Source: Gemmatimonadota bacterium
Lineage (GTDB): Bacteria; Gemmatimonadota; Gemmatimonadetes; Gemmatimonadales; GWC2-71-9
DNA: 64,000 bases
Direction: 5' to 3'
Assembly (NCBI GenBank): GCA_039588295.1
Contig: JBDHAB010000001.1
Span: forward strand, 352,001-416,000
The notes beneath the pieces were generated by a model. The model ran no database searches. It was not told where the DNA came from and saw nothing but the letters and a program-made list of their open reading frames with translations. Shown here one piece after another: positions 11,627 to 21,301 of the stretch (positions are counted from its first letter, which is position 1; the number at the start of each line of letters is the position of its first letter). A program made the translations under genes and the position numbers.

Positions 11627-12433
11627 GTGACCAATCGAACCCGCCTGGTGATTCTCGGTGTGGTCGCAGTCGTTGGTTCCGTCTCGCTACTGGGCAGATC
11701 CCAGAACTGGCTCGCGGCACAGCAGAGGGATTATCGGGCCCGGCTGGAAGCGGCGACGACGCATGGAGAGTGGGTGAAGTACGTTGGTGACGGGGGGGAT
11801 ACGGTGCGGGCATACCTCGCCTATCCGGAGCGTCCGGATGTCGCGCCGGCGATGATTGTGATCCATGAAATCTTCGGGCTCTCCGACTGGATTCGCACTG
11901 TCGTGGACGACTTCGCCGCACGGGGGTACGTGACCATCGCACCCGATCTCCTCACTCGTCGCGGCGGCACGACAGGAGCCGATGCGGCGCGGCGCATCAT
12001 CGCGGATCTCCCGCGCGATTCACTCACGGTCGACCTCGATGCGACGCTCGCATACGTCGGGTCGCTGAAGGCAGTGGACCCGGAGGCTGTCGGTGTTATC
12101 GGCTTCTGCTGGGGTGGGCGCCGCGCCTTTGACTACGCGACCAACAACCAGACCATCCAGGCCGCAGTCGTGTGTTATGGGTCGGCTCCCAGTCCCGAGT
12201 CCATGGGTCGTATTGCTGCGCCGATTCTCGGCGTCTATGCGGAGAACGATGCGCGCATCAATCGGGAGATTCCCGCCGTCGAGCAGGCGATGGCCGAAGC
12301 GGCAAAGGACTATCGGTATCGCATCTACCCGGGGACCGGGCATGGCTTCCTTCGCCGTGGGACGCCCGCGGATGAAGTTGAGCGGGCGTGGGAAGACATC
12401 TATCGATTCCTGGATGCGCAGCTAGCCCGGTAA
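11627..12433 (+). CDS. Dienelactone hydrolase family protein with signal peptide
   Basis: IHEIFGL, GFCWGG nucleophile motif, GHGF; GGAGG RBS before GTG 11627. Confidence 0.9.
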   Translation: MTNRTRLVILGVVAVVGSVSLLGRSQNWLAAQQRDYRARLEAATTHGEWVKYVGDGGDTVRAYLAYPERPDVAPAMIVIHEIFGLSDWIRTVVDDFAARGYVTIAPDLLTRRGGTTGADAARRIIADLPRDSLTVDLDATLAYVGSLKAVDPEAVGVIGFCWGGRRAFDYATNNQTIQAAVVCYGSAPSPESMGRIAAPILGVYAENDARINREIPAVEQAMAEAAKDYRYRIYPGTGHGFLRRGTPADEVERAWEDIYRFLDAQLAR

Positions 12434-12472
12434 GCCGCAAGACCAACGTCTTGGTGGGGCGACGTTGTCGGT

Positions 12473-12507
12473 CGATGGAGGTGGATGCGCAGTATCCACC
12501 TCCATCG
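12473..12507. terminator. Hairpin between convergent genes
   Basis: CGATGGAGGTGGAT / ATCCACCTCCATCG inverted repeat. Confidence 0.65.
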
Positions 12508-12521
12508 TGTCACCGGGCCCA

Positions 12522-13901
12522 TCAGAAGTAATTACCCGTCCACACGATGTAGATGATGATGATCGCCACCGCAACGGGACAGAGAAATCGGATGAGGAAC
12601 GCCCACGCCGGTTTGAGTCCGAAAATCACCCCCTCCGTCTCGATTTCCGCCGCCGCACCACTCACGCCCCATCGGTACCCGACAAACAGCGCAAGCGCCA
12701 GGGAGCCGATCGACAACGAGTAGTTCCCGAAGATGATGTTCATGAGTGAGAGAAAATCGACTCCCACACCAGGCAACCGAGTGAAGAACCCCACGGCGCC
12801 CGACGCAAGCGCGGACGGAATGCCGAGCACTAGTGTGGCGAGAGTCGTTACGAGTACGGCCTTGCCACGGGACCAGCGGCGCTCGTCGATCAAGTACGAG
12901 ACTGGGACCTCGAGCAGCGAAATCGTGGAGGTGAGAGCGGCGATGGCAAGTAAGAGGAAGAAGGCGGCGCCAAACAGCTGTCCCGCCGGGAGGGTGGCAA
13001 ACAGTGTGGGCAGCACTTGGAAAACGAGCCCGGGTCCACCCGCCGGGTCGAGTCCGGCATGGAACAGGGCGGGGAAGATGATGAGTCCTGCGAGCAGCGC
13101 GATGAGCGTGTCGGCCAGACACACGATTCCGGCGGAGGAGACCAGATTGTCCCTTTTCCGGATGTAACTCCCGAACGTGATCATCGCCCCCATACCCAAG
13201 CTGAGGGAGAAGAAGGCCTGGCCGAGCGCGGTCGGCACAGTCTGCGCGCTGATTCTCGAGAAATCGGGGCGCAGGTAGAAACTGAGGCCCTCGCCGGCGC
13301 CCGACAGCGTGACCGAACGGATGGCCAGTGCCACGAGTAGGAACAGTAGAGCAGGCATCAGGATCTTGGCCATCAATTCGATGCCCCTCGCGACTCCTCG
13401 CCACACGATCAAGGCGGTCAGCACGAGGAATAACAGAAGCAGTCCACTGCCGATACGCCAATCGCCCGCGAAACTACTGAAGAGGGCGGTCGACTCCTCC
13501 GCAGTCATCTGTTGCGAGAAGCTCCCGCTGACCGTTTGGAAGAAGTATCCGAGCGTCCATCCAGCGATCACACCGTAGAACGAGAGGATCGCCACGCCGG
13601 TGATCACGCCAAGCATCCCAATGAGTGGCCACCAGCTACCCCGCGCGATCGCTGTAAACGCGCCGACGGGATTCCTCGATGTGTGTCTCCCGAGTGAGAG
13701 CTCGCCGATCATGACCGGAGCTCCGATGAGGAACACGAAGCCGAGGTAGATCAACACGAAGGCAGCTCCGCCGTTCTGGCCTGCTATGTATGGGAATCGC
13801 CAGATATTGCCGAGACCTATTGCCGAGCCTGTGGCGGCGAGAATGAACCCGACACGTGAAGTCCACTGGCCGCGCGCGGGGGACGCTACCGGAGCGGGCA
13901 T
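12522..13901 (-). CDS. Sodium-dependent transporter, NSS/SNF family
   Basis: GSAIGLGNIWRFPY, GQAFFSLSLG, GPGLVF; many TM segments. Confidence 0.93.
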   Translation of the reverse strand: MPAPVASPARGQWTSRVGFILAATGSAIGLGNIWRFPYIAGQNGGAAFVLIYLGFVFLIGAPVMIGELSLGRHTSRNPVGAFTAIARGSWWPLIGMLGVITGVAILSFYGVIAGWTLGYFFQTVSGSFSQQMTAEESTALFSSFAGDWRIGSGLLLLFLVLTALIVWRGVARGIELMAKILMPALLFLLVALAIRSVTLSGAGEGLSFYLRPDFSRISAQTVPTALGQAFFSLSLGMGAMITFGSYIRKRDNLVSSAGIVCLADTLIALLAGLIIFPALFHAGLDPAGGPGLVFQVLPTLFATLPAGQLFGAAFFLLLAIAALTSTISLLEVPVSYLIDERRWSRGKAVLVTTLATLVLGIPSALASGAVGFFTRLPGVGVDFLSLMNIIFGNYSLSIGSLALALFVGYRWGVSGAAAEIETEGVIFGLKPAWAFLIRFLCPVAVAIIIIYIVWTGNYF

Positions 13902-14027
13902 CGGCTATGTCTCCTACGAGGCGAGAAGTGTGGGAAGCTGGCCTGATCCATGGTTCTTGTCTAGATGCTATCGGGGAACGATTGACCTGAGGCGGCAGTT
14001 CCTGATGAGAGCGACGCTCGGATTCGG

Positions 14028-14654
14028 TCAACGGTACGCAGCATCGCCTCCCGCGCCCGCGCGGATCGCTTCCCACGCTGCTTCGAGGACCAGATCAGTG
14101 CGTTGGTCGCGCGCGCCCCATTCCTTCGAAATGATCCGTTGTACGCCAAGCAGTAGCAGCGTGAGCCAGACCTCGGACCATACTTCGACGGCGCCTGGCC
14201 TCAGTTCCCCTCGCGCCTTACCCGAGACGATTACGTCCTTCAAGCCCTGCTTCATGCCGGCGAACAGATCCCGGCTCTTCGGGTCCAGCAGCCCCTCGAG
14301 GTGCATGAAGAAGACGAGCTTCACTGCACCCGGGTCCCGGCCAGCTAGATCACACCAAGATCGCGCAACGAAGGCTAGATGGTCGCGGCAGCGCTCCGGT
14401 CGGTCGGTGGTCTTGATGGGAGTCGTGAGCGCACGCACCCCGGCACGATAGAGTTCGTTGAGAAGTTGGTGCTTGCTGGTGAAGTGCCGATAAATCGTTC
14501 CTTCGGCCACCCCGGCATGCTGCGCGATCATGGGGGTGGTAGTGGCGTGGTAGCCCTGCGTCGTGAAGAGTTCGATGGCGGCTCGTGCCACACGATCACG
14601 CGTGGCCCGGGGGTCCCGGCGCCGCTTCGGCGCGACTGGTCCAGGGTGGATCAT
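14028..14654 (-). CDS. TetR/AcrR family transcriptional regulator
   Basis: AAIELFTTQGYHATT..IAQHAGVAEGTIYRHF HTH. Confidence 0.9.
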   Translation of the reverse strand: MIHPGPVAPKRRRDPRATRDRVARAAIELFTTQGYHATTTPMIAQHAGVAEGTIYRHFTSKHQLLNELYRAGVRALTTPIKTTDRPERCRDHLAFVARSWCDLAGRDPGAVKLVFFMHLEGLLDPKSRDLFAGMKQGLKDVIVSGKARGELRPGAVEVWSEVWLTLLLLGVQRIISKEWGARDQRTDLVLEAAWEAIRAGAGGDAAYR

Positions 14655-14791
14655 GACCCTCTAGGGTAGCGCCGAGACGCGGCCCTGCCAAGCGGCGGCG
14701 GGGACGGCGTCGAGCCGTCGGTCACGTCGGTAGCTTCAAGCCCGACGGTTGGCGAGATTGTACCGGAAGCAGTGTCATAGGAGATCTCTGG

Positions 14792-15325
14792 GTGACGGAA
14801 CCAGGCGGGCTGCATTTCGAGAGGTTATGGGAGGAGGCGACCCCATACGATCGTTTCGTGGCGGCGGCGCAAGACCTTCGTGGACTGTGGGATGGTGTGT
14901 ATCGGACGGCTCGGATCCCGGCATGGGCGGTCGAGCGGGCGCGCGCAGGTGGACCTGCTCACTTGTTGATCATTACGGAAGACTGGTGTTGGGATGCCGC
15001 GAACACGCTACCCGTTATTGCGAAGCTCGCCGACGCCACGGGAGATATTGACCTGAAGGTGCTCGAGCGCGACGAATACCCCGAGGTAATGGATCAGTAC
15101 CTGACAAACGGGGCGCGCTCGATACCAATCGTGATCGCGCTCGACACCACCTTCCGCGAACTCTGCCACTGGGGGCCGCGTCCAACCGAACTCCAAGCGT
15201 GGGCGATGGAGAACAAGTCACGCCTCCCGCAGAAGGAGTTCTACGCGGAAATGCGTCGCTGGCTCGTCAGGGACAAAGGTGAATCGACGCTGCGGGAGGT
15301 TGTGGAGCTGCTTCAAAGGAGATGA
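14792..15325 (+). CDS. Thioredoxin-like protein (Thioredoxin_9 type, single Cys)
   Basis: EDWCWDA, YLTNGARSIP, WGPRP. Confidence 0.82.
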   Translation: MTEPGGLHFERLWEEATPYDRFVAAAQDLRGLWDGVYRTARIPAWAVERARAGGPAHLLIITEDWCWDAANTLPVIAKLADATGDIDLKVLERDEYPEVMDQYLTNGARSIPIVIALDTTFRELCHWGPRPTELQAWAMENKSRLPQKEFYAEMRRWLVRDKGESTLREVVELLQRR

Positions 15326-15326
15326 A

Positions 15327-15362
15327 CCGAGGGGCAGGCCAGCGGATGGCCCTGCCCCTCGG
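15327..15362. terminator. Hairpin between convergent genes
   Basis: CCGAGGGGCAGG / CCTGCCCCTCGG inverted repeat. Confidence 0.6.
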
Positions 15363-15374
15363 GCACGGGGGAGG

Positions 15375-16688
15375 TCAGCATTGCTTCTGTAACACGCTCC
15401 GGAGCGTGGTCATCGCCCTCTCCACATCCTGGGCACTGAAGACCAGCGTAGGGCGAAACCGGATCGACCGAGGTCCACACGGAAGCGTGGCCAGGCCGGC
15501 ATCCCAACAGCGCTGGCGCAATGCATCGCGGGACTCCCCGTCCGAGAGATCGAACGCCAGCAGCAGCCCACGTCCACGTGCGTTGCTGATCTGATCGAAA
15601 TCTCCCTCCAGTCGCTGGAGTTCTGCCAGGAACAGCCGACCGACCGTTGCGGCGTTCTCGACCAGGTTGTCCTCCCGTATGATTTCTAGATAACGTGCAC
15701 AGCGCACCATGTCGACCAGGTTCCCTCCCCACGTCGAGTTGATGCGCGACGAGACATGAAACACGTTCTGCTCGATCTCGTCGATACGCCTGGTGCTCAT
15801 GATCCCGCAAACCTGTGTCTTCTTTCCGAACGCCACGATGTCCGGGGTGACACCGAGCTGCTGGAACGCCCACATGCTTCCGGTCACCCCCATACCCGTC
15901 TGCACCTCATCGAAGATGAGCATTGCGTCCCGTTCGTCCGCGATCCGACGGAGCTGCTGCAAGAACGCCGGACGGAAGTGGTGGTCGCCGCCCTCGCACT
16001 GGATCGGCTCGATGAGAATGGCGGCGATGCCGTGGGGGTCTTTCTCGAAGGCCTGATCGATCTCTGCGAGGGACTGAGCTTCTGCAGCTCCAACGGCCGC
16101 TTCGTCCACCGGAAATGCAAGCTTGGGATTGGAGACGCGCGGCCAGTCGAACTTGGGGAAGTCTGCGGTCTTGACAGGCTCAGTGTTGGTCACAGAGAGC
16201 GTGTAGCCGCTTCGCCCGTGGAACGCCTCACGGAAATGCAGGATCTTGTCAGCCCCGCCCGTGACGCCTCGTGCCCGGTTCTTGTGCGCCTTCCAGTCGA
16301 AGGCTGCCTTCATCGCGTTCTCGACCGCAAGAGCGCCGCCGGCGATGAAGAACAGGTAGCGAAACTCCTCCGGTACGGCGAGCGCCCGAAACGTCTGAAC
16401 GAAGCCCGCGAATTCCCGGGTGTATATGTCGCTGTTCGCGGGGTTGCTGAGCGCCGCGGAGAACAGCGCGTCGCGGAACCGTTGGTCGTCCATCTTTGGA
16501 TGGTTGTGTCCAATCGGTAGTGTGGCGAAGTACGAGTAGCAGTCGAGGTATTCCTTGCCCTCAAGCGCGTCGACGATGACCGACCCGTGCGACTTCCGCA
16601 GATCGATCACGATGTGGAACCCGTCGACCAAGATGTTGCCACGGAGCACGCCAAAGACCTGATCCGCGGACACGGTGATGTGCGTCAT
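15375..16688 (-). CDS. lat: L-lysine 6-transaminase (class III aminotransferase)
   Basis: NPANSDIY, GGALAVENAMK, AFHGRSGY, DEVQTG, FGKKTQV, RINSTWGG. GGAGG RBS before ATG 16688. Confidence 0.88.
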   Translation of the reverse strand: MTHITVSADQVFGVLRGNILVDGFHIVIDLRKSHGSVIVDALEGKEYLDCYSYFATLPIGHNHPKMDDQRFRDALFSAALSNPANSDIYTREFAGFVQTFRALAVPEEFRYLFFIAGGALAVENAMKAAFDWKAHKNRARGVTGGADKILHFREAFHGRSGYTLSVTNTEPVKTADFPKFDWPRVSNPKLAFPVDEAAVGAAEAQSLAEIDQAFEKDPHGIAAILIEPIQCEGGDHHFRPAFLQQLRRIADERDAMLIFDEVQTGMGVTGSMWAFQQLGVTPDIVAFGKKTQVCGIMSTRRIDEIEQNVFHVSSRINSTWGGNLVDMVRCARYLEIIREDNLVENAATVGRLFLAELQRLEGDFDQISNARGRGLLLAFDLSDGESRDALRQRCWDAGLATLPCGPRSIRFRPTLVFSAQDVERAMTTLRSVLQKQC

Positions 16689-16957
16689 GAGACCCTCCTC
16701 CAACGGAATCGCCTGGGACACCAGTGGTGGTCCCGCGAAACACCAAGCGTCCGGCCTGGCCGGGGCCTTGCCGTCGGCCCTAAGTCGTCGAGGGGTCTGG
16801 GGGTGCGAAGATGCCCGGGCGGGCCTTCCGCGGAAGGAGTCGGATCAACGGCCGCTTTAGGTGCATGTCGTAATCTAACCGATGCCGACTGCCAGCCGAG
16901 CTGGCCGACGGAGGCGGAGATACTCGGAGCCGCAGGGAAAGGCGTCTGCCTCCCCGC

Positions 16958-18142
16958 TCAAAAAGGCCATCTCGTGTGGACGTTCCAGATCACACCATCC
17001 GGGCCCAGGCCGGCGGTAAACCCGAGGATGCCACTCCGAAAGAACTGGGCGAAGAAACCCAGGCCGCCGCCGACCTTGACGTCTTCGGCCGTGAGCTTGA
17101 ACTCCCCTTGAGGGAACACGCGCCCGGCGTCCAGAAACGCAACGGCCGTGAACCGAAACAGAGTTGGCTGAGCCAGGAGGTCGTACCGCACATCGAGGTT
17201 CGCAAACAGCTTGTCTGCGTCCAGGAACCGTTCGTCCGGCAGAGCTCGGTGCGACTCTCCTCCTCCCACCCCGAGAAACGGCCGATCGCTGGCTTCGACG
17301 AGGTAGTACGACCCGAGCCGTGGGGCACCCCCCATCGACTGGCCGGCGATGCGTGCAGCGATGGTCAGATGGTGCCGCAGCGGGACGTACGCAGTTGCCG
17401 ACACCGTCGCCCTGGTATAACTCAGCGCTCCGGCAATCGTGGAGTCGGCGAACCCGAGAATGGCCTCGAGCAGTACTCCTCGCGTGGGAGCCGGCTCATC
17501 ATTGCGGGTATCGAAGACCAGCCCCACCCGGCCGGTGACGTCGCCGGTGTTGCGGCCGATGGTCGGATCCATGCCGGATGACGCGTCGGCCGCCAGTTGG
17601 CTCGCGCCGGAAAGGGTGTCGATGCGCCAACGCTCCGCGTGGATGCCGGCCAACACTCGGAGCCCCCCGACGATTCGACGTTGGATCTCACTCCGCGCAA
17701 TGAGCCGCTGGTTGTCCGAGCGGTAGAAGTGTGGTTGGGCGTCGCTGACGTTGGCGTCGTCGAACGCCGAAGTAATGCCAATGCCGAAGTACCCCTGTCG
17801 CGCGTCCCGCCTGGCCTCCAGACTCACCACGAAGCGCCACCCATCAATGAGCTGCGGCATGCGTGCCTCGAGACGCAGCCGCTTGCTCCCCGAAGTGGAG
17901 ATGTTGCCGTCGAGCGACAAGATGGCCCGGTATGGCGGCGGAGCATCCCAGTCGTCGTAGCCGAGTTGCTTGATTTGGGCGTAGTACAGACCCGTCCCGA
18001 GGCCTTCAGTCGGCGAGTAATACACCTTCGGAAACGCAAGGTCGACCCAGTCCGGCCCCAGCGTGGGCAGGTCGGGAATCTGGGCGGCACTCGGGCTCGC
18101 CAGTGTGATAGCCGCCGAGAGTACGACGACGGAACGCTTCAC
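16958..18142 (-). CDS. BamA/TamA (Omp85)-like outer membrane barrel without POTRA domains
   Basis: Signal peptide, amphipathic strands, FDTRNDEPAPTRG, FLDAGRVF, C-terminal Phe. Confidence 0.75.
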   Translation of the reverse strand: MKRSVVVLSAAITLASPSAAQIPDLPTLGPDWVDLAFPKVYYSPTEGLGTGLYYAQIKQLGYDDWDAPPPYRAILSLDGNISTSGSKRLRLEARMPQLIDGWRFVVSLEARRDARQGYFGIGITSAFDDANVSDAQPHFYRSDNQRLIARSEIQRRIVGGLRVLAGIHAERWRIDTLSGASQLAADASSGMDPTIGRNTGDVTGRVGLVFDTRNDEPAPTRGVLLEAILGFADSTIAGALSYTRATVSATAYVPLRHHLTIAARIAGQSMGGAPRLGSYYLVEASDRPFLGVGGGESHRALPDERFLDADKLFANLDVRYDLLAQPTLFRFTAVAFLDAGRVFPQGEFKLTAEDVKVGGGLGFFAQFFRSGILGFTAGLGPDGVIWNVHTRWPF

Positions 18143-19188
18143 CGATTACGCTCGAACAGGTACGCAGCGTCGTAGTGGCTCGCCGTCTCGCCAACAAACG
18201 CCGCGTAGCGCGCGCCCTCTCGCAGCGATGCGGCGCCGAACTCCCCCTTCTTGTTCACCGCGTAGAAATTGAGTCCGAACGTCGGACGCCCTTGCTCGTC
18301 CAGCAAGCGGGCCTCCGTCGTGGCGATGACACGACGAAGGGTCTCCAGCGCCGCATCCGTCGGGCTCATGCCCCGACGCATGAACTCTACGGTGAGAAAC
18401 GCACCGCAGGCCTTGATGCAGGCTTCGCCGCGCCCGGTCGAGCCGGCGGCCCCGACGTCGTTGTCCGTGTATTGTCCTGCACCGATGATCGGCGAATCGC
18501 CGACGCGACCCGGGATCTTCCATGAGAGGCCGCTCGTCGTAGTGACGGACGAGACATCGCCGGCGGTATTCACCGCGTTCATATTGATCGTGCCGTGCTC
18601 TTCGCGTGAGAGCATCTCGTCGTCGGGGACTTCGAGCCAGTTGTCCCTTGGTCCGCGGCGGGCACGCCAGCGGATCCATGCCTGGCGCGCTCGGTCGGTG
18701 AGGAGGTCTTCCTCTTCGAACCCGTAAGAAAGGGCGAACTCCTTTGCCCCAGGGCCCACGAGCAACACGTGGTCGGTGTACAGAAGCACGTATTTGGCGA
18801 CGACGCTGGGTGTCTTGATCCCCTCGAGCGAGGCGACGGCACCAGCGCGACGGGTCGGGCCGTGCATACACGACGCGTCGAGTTGGACAACCCCGTCCTC
18901 GTTTGGCAGCCCACCGTATCCCACGGATGCGTCGTTCGGGTCGAGCTCCTGGATCTTCACGCCCTCGATTGCGGCATCGAGCGTGTCCATCCCGTTGGTC
19001 ATCAGCTCTCCGGCGCGCTGTACGCCTCGAATGCCGTTGCCGGAGGCCACGACGACGCTTCTCGCGGCGGGGCGAACGTGAACCGCTGGTGCGCCAAGCT
19101 GGGCGCCCACCCCGGGGCCCACCATAGTGCCGGCGGCGAGACCGGAGGCGGCACCGAGGAACTCACGACGGGTGATTGTGTCGGACAC
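18139..19188 (-). CDS. Tat-exported N(4)-(beta-N-acetylglucosaminyl)-L-asparaginase (Ntn hydrolase)
   Basis: TRREFL Tat motif after an AGGAGG RBS; SVGYGGLP, HGTI nucleophile, KIPGRVGDSPIIGAG. Confidence 0.9.
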   Translation of the reverse strand: MSDTITRREFLGAASGLAAGTMVGPGVGAQLGAPAVHVRPAARSVVVASGNGIRGVQRAGELMTNGMDTLDAAIEGVKIQELDPNDASVGYGGLPNEDGVVQLDASCMHGPTRRAGAVASLEGIKTPSVVAKYVLLYTDHVLLVGPGAKEFALSYGFEEEDLLTDRARQAWIRWRARRGPRDNWLEVPDDEMLSREEHGTINMNAVNTAGDVSSVTTTSGLSWKIPGRVGDSPIIGAGQYTDNDVGAAGSTGRGEACIKACGAFLTVEFMRRGMSPTDAALETLRRVIATTEARLLDEQGRPTFGLNFYAVNKKGEFGAASLREGARYAAFVGETASHYDAAYLFERNR

Positions 19189-19360
19189 GGGTGACCTCCT
19201 GTGAAGTTGTGAGGAAGCACCGCGAATAAACGATCGGAGACGAGCCGCTGTCAACTTGCCTCTGCGAATGGAGCGCCGTACGTTCCCGCTCTGGCGGACG
19301 TTTCGCGTCATTCGACGTGGTGATCGTATCCAGGTTAGTCTCGAGAAGGTAGCCCGAGCC

Positions 19361-20086
19361 GTGATTTCGGTAGTCTTGCCCGTGTACAACGAACGGGAAA
19401 ACCTCGCCCCACTTCTGGAGGAAATGGCACCCAACTTGCGCACGATCGCTCACGAAATTATCGCCGTGGACGATGGCTCGACCGACGGGTCACTCGACGA
19501 GCTGCGTGCCCTGCAAAGGGTGTATCCCGCCCTCCATGTCATCGGGTTCCGAGCCAACGCCGGGCAGAGTGCGGCAGTGGCGGCAGGCTTCGATGCTGCC
19601 CGTGGGGACGTCGTGGTGACGCTCGACGCCGACGGGCAGAATAACCCGGCAGACATTCCGCGGCTGCTGCAGCTGCTCAGCGCACGGCCCAACTCGGCGG
19701 CCGTTGTGGGGTACCGTGTCCGCCGCGCCGATTCCCGCTGGAAGCGCATTCAGAGCTGGCTCGCGAATTCGATCCGGAACTGGATCACGCGAGATGCCGT
19801 ACGTGATACGGGCTGCGCGCTCAAGGTGATCCGTCGGTCGGCTGCGGCCGGACTGCCGCGATTCGACGGTATGCACCGCTTCCTGCCGACCCTGCTCAGG
19901 GCGCAGGGGGGCGATGTGCTGGAGGTTCCCGTTGAGCATCGGGCGCGGGTGTTCGGCCGTAGCAAGTACGGGATGTGGGATCGCGCATGGAGGGGGTTGG
20001 TGGACGCGTTCGGGGTTCGGTGGTTTCGCCGACGCGCGCTGCGCTACGCTATCAAGGAGGACGGAGACGCACATGCCACGTCGTAA
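19361..20086 (+). CDS. Glycosyltransferase family 2 (polyprenol-phosphate sugar transferase-like)
   Basis: ISVVLPVYNE, VDDGSTDGS, LDADGQN, DTGC, MHRFLP. Confidence 0.9.
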   Translation: MISVVLPVYNERENLAPLLEEMAPNLRTIAHEIIAVDDGSTDGSLDELRALQRVYPALHVIGFRANAGQSAAVAAGFDAARGDVVVTLDADGQNNPADIPRLLQLLSARPNSAAVVGYRVRRADSRWKRIQSWLANSIRNWITRDAVRDTGCALKVIRRSAAAGLPRFDGMHRFLPTLLRAQGGDVLEVPVEHRARVFGRSKYGMWDRAWRGLVDAFGVRWFRRRALRYAIKEDGDAHATS

Positions 20087-21137
20087 ACGACTCGACCCTT
20101 CGATTTTCCACCTACCGGTCGAGAAGATGCAAGCTGGGTACTACACCGACAAATACTTCGTGCGCGCTCGCGAAGTACTTCTTGCTGACGATCACCACCC
20201 CCAGGTGCTGATGCAGGTGTTTTGCAAGACACATGCGTACCTGGGCGGCATCGACGAGGCGATCGCCATCCTCAAGCTGTGCTCACACTCCTGGGAGGAC
20301 CTGACGGTCCGGGCCCTGTACGACGGTGACGAAATCAGCCCATGGGAAACCGTGTTGACAATTGAAGGCCCTTACGACGCGTTCGCGCATCTCGAGACGC
20401 TCTATGTGGGGGTGCTGGCCCGTCGGACGCGAGTCGGGACAAATACGAGACTCGTCGTGGAAGCCGCCCGGCCGAAAGATGTGATGTTCTTCCCAGCGCG
20501 GCACGACCACTGGGTCGTGCAGACCGGTGACGGGTATGCGGCTCATATCGCGGGTGCCATTGGCGTGTCAACTGACGCGCAGGCATCGTGGTGGGGCAGT
20601 GAGGGGATCGGGACGGTGCCGCATGCCATGATCGCGGCATACGGGGGCGACACCGTGCTCGCTGCTGAAAAGTTCGCGGCGTACATGCCCGAGACGGTGA
20701 AGCTCATCAGCCTCGTCGATTTCGAGAACGACAGTGTACGGACCGCGGTCGAGGTTGCTCGAGCGCTGGGACCACGACTGTACGGAGTCCGACTGGACAC
20801 GGCTGACAGCCTGGTTGATCGATCGGTGATTCCTCAGATGGGCGCGTTCGACCCGCGGGGGGTGAATCCGCAGTTGGTTTGGAATGTGCGGAGCGCGCTC
20901 GATGCCGCGGGATTCAAGGACGTCAAGATCGTGGTATCCGGTGGGTTCACGGTCGGGAAGATTCGGGCGTTCGAGGAGCAGAACGTCCCGGTGGACACCT
21001 ATGGCGTCGGTTCCTCCTTGTTTCGCGGCGGTGGCAACTACGACTTCACCGCTGATGTCGTGACCATGAACGGCAAACCGTGCGCCAAGGTCGGTCGCGC
21101 CCATCGCCCCAGTGCGCGGCTCGAGCCGGTGGATTAG
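20073..21137 (+). CDS. Nicotinate/quinolinate phosphoribosyltransferase family (PncB-like)
   Basis: YTDKYF, GTVPH, GVRLDT, IVVSGGF, YGVGS, KVGR. Confidence 0.82.
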   Translation: MPRRKRLDPSIFHLPVEKMQAGYYTDKYFVRAREVLLADDHHPQVLMQVFCKTHAYLGGIDEAIAILKLCSHSWEDLTVRALYDGDEISPWETVLTIEGPYDAFAHLETLYVGVLARRTRVGTNTRLVVEAARPKDVMFFPARHDHWVVQTGDGYAAHIAGAIGVSTDAQASWWGSEGIGTVPHAMIAAYGGDTVLAAEKFAAYMPETVKLISLVDFENDSVRTAVEVARALGPRLYGVRLDTADSLVDRSVIPQMGAFDPRGVNPQLVWNVRSALDAAGFKDVKIVVSGGFTVGKIRAFEEQNVPVDTYGVGSSLFRGGGNYDFTADVVTMNGKPCAKVGRAHRPSARLEPVD

Positions 21138-21301
21138 CGTTTTCCAAGGTCGGAACATCCCGTGTGGTCGGAGACCGAACGGGAAACCTCCGCAGGCCGT
21201 AGGACGATCACGGCTCGCAAGCGTCTTATCCGCATCGTGCATCTCGAGGCGGGGCCGTTAACTTTCGGCCGAGTGGATGTCATTCAGTAGGGGACGGAGC
21301 A

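Noticed and set aside
16689..16957. Lysine or guanidine riboswitch upstream of lat
   Set aside because: Conserved core motifs not recognisable; an Rfam scan would be needed.
19189..19443. Long N-terminal extensions in the ORF track (e.g. asparaginase to 19443, lipoprotein from 47225, serine hydrolase to 59619)
   Set aside because: Downstream starts with an RBS and/or signal peptide fit better; the extensions overlap neighbouring genes.
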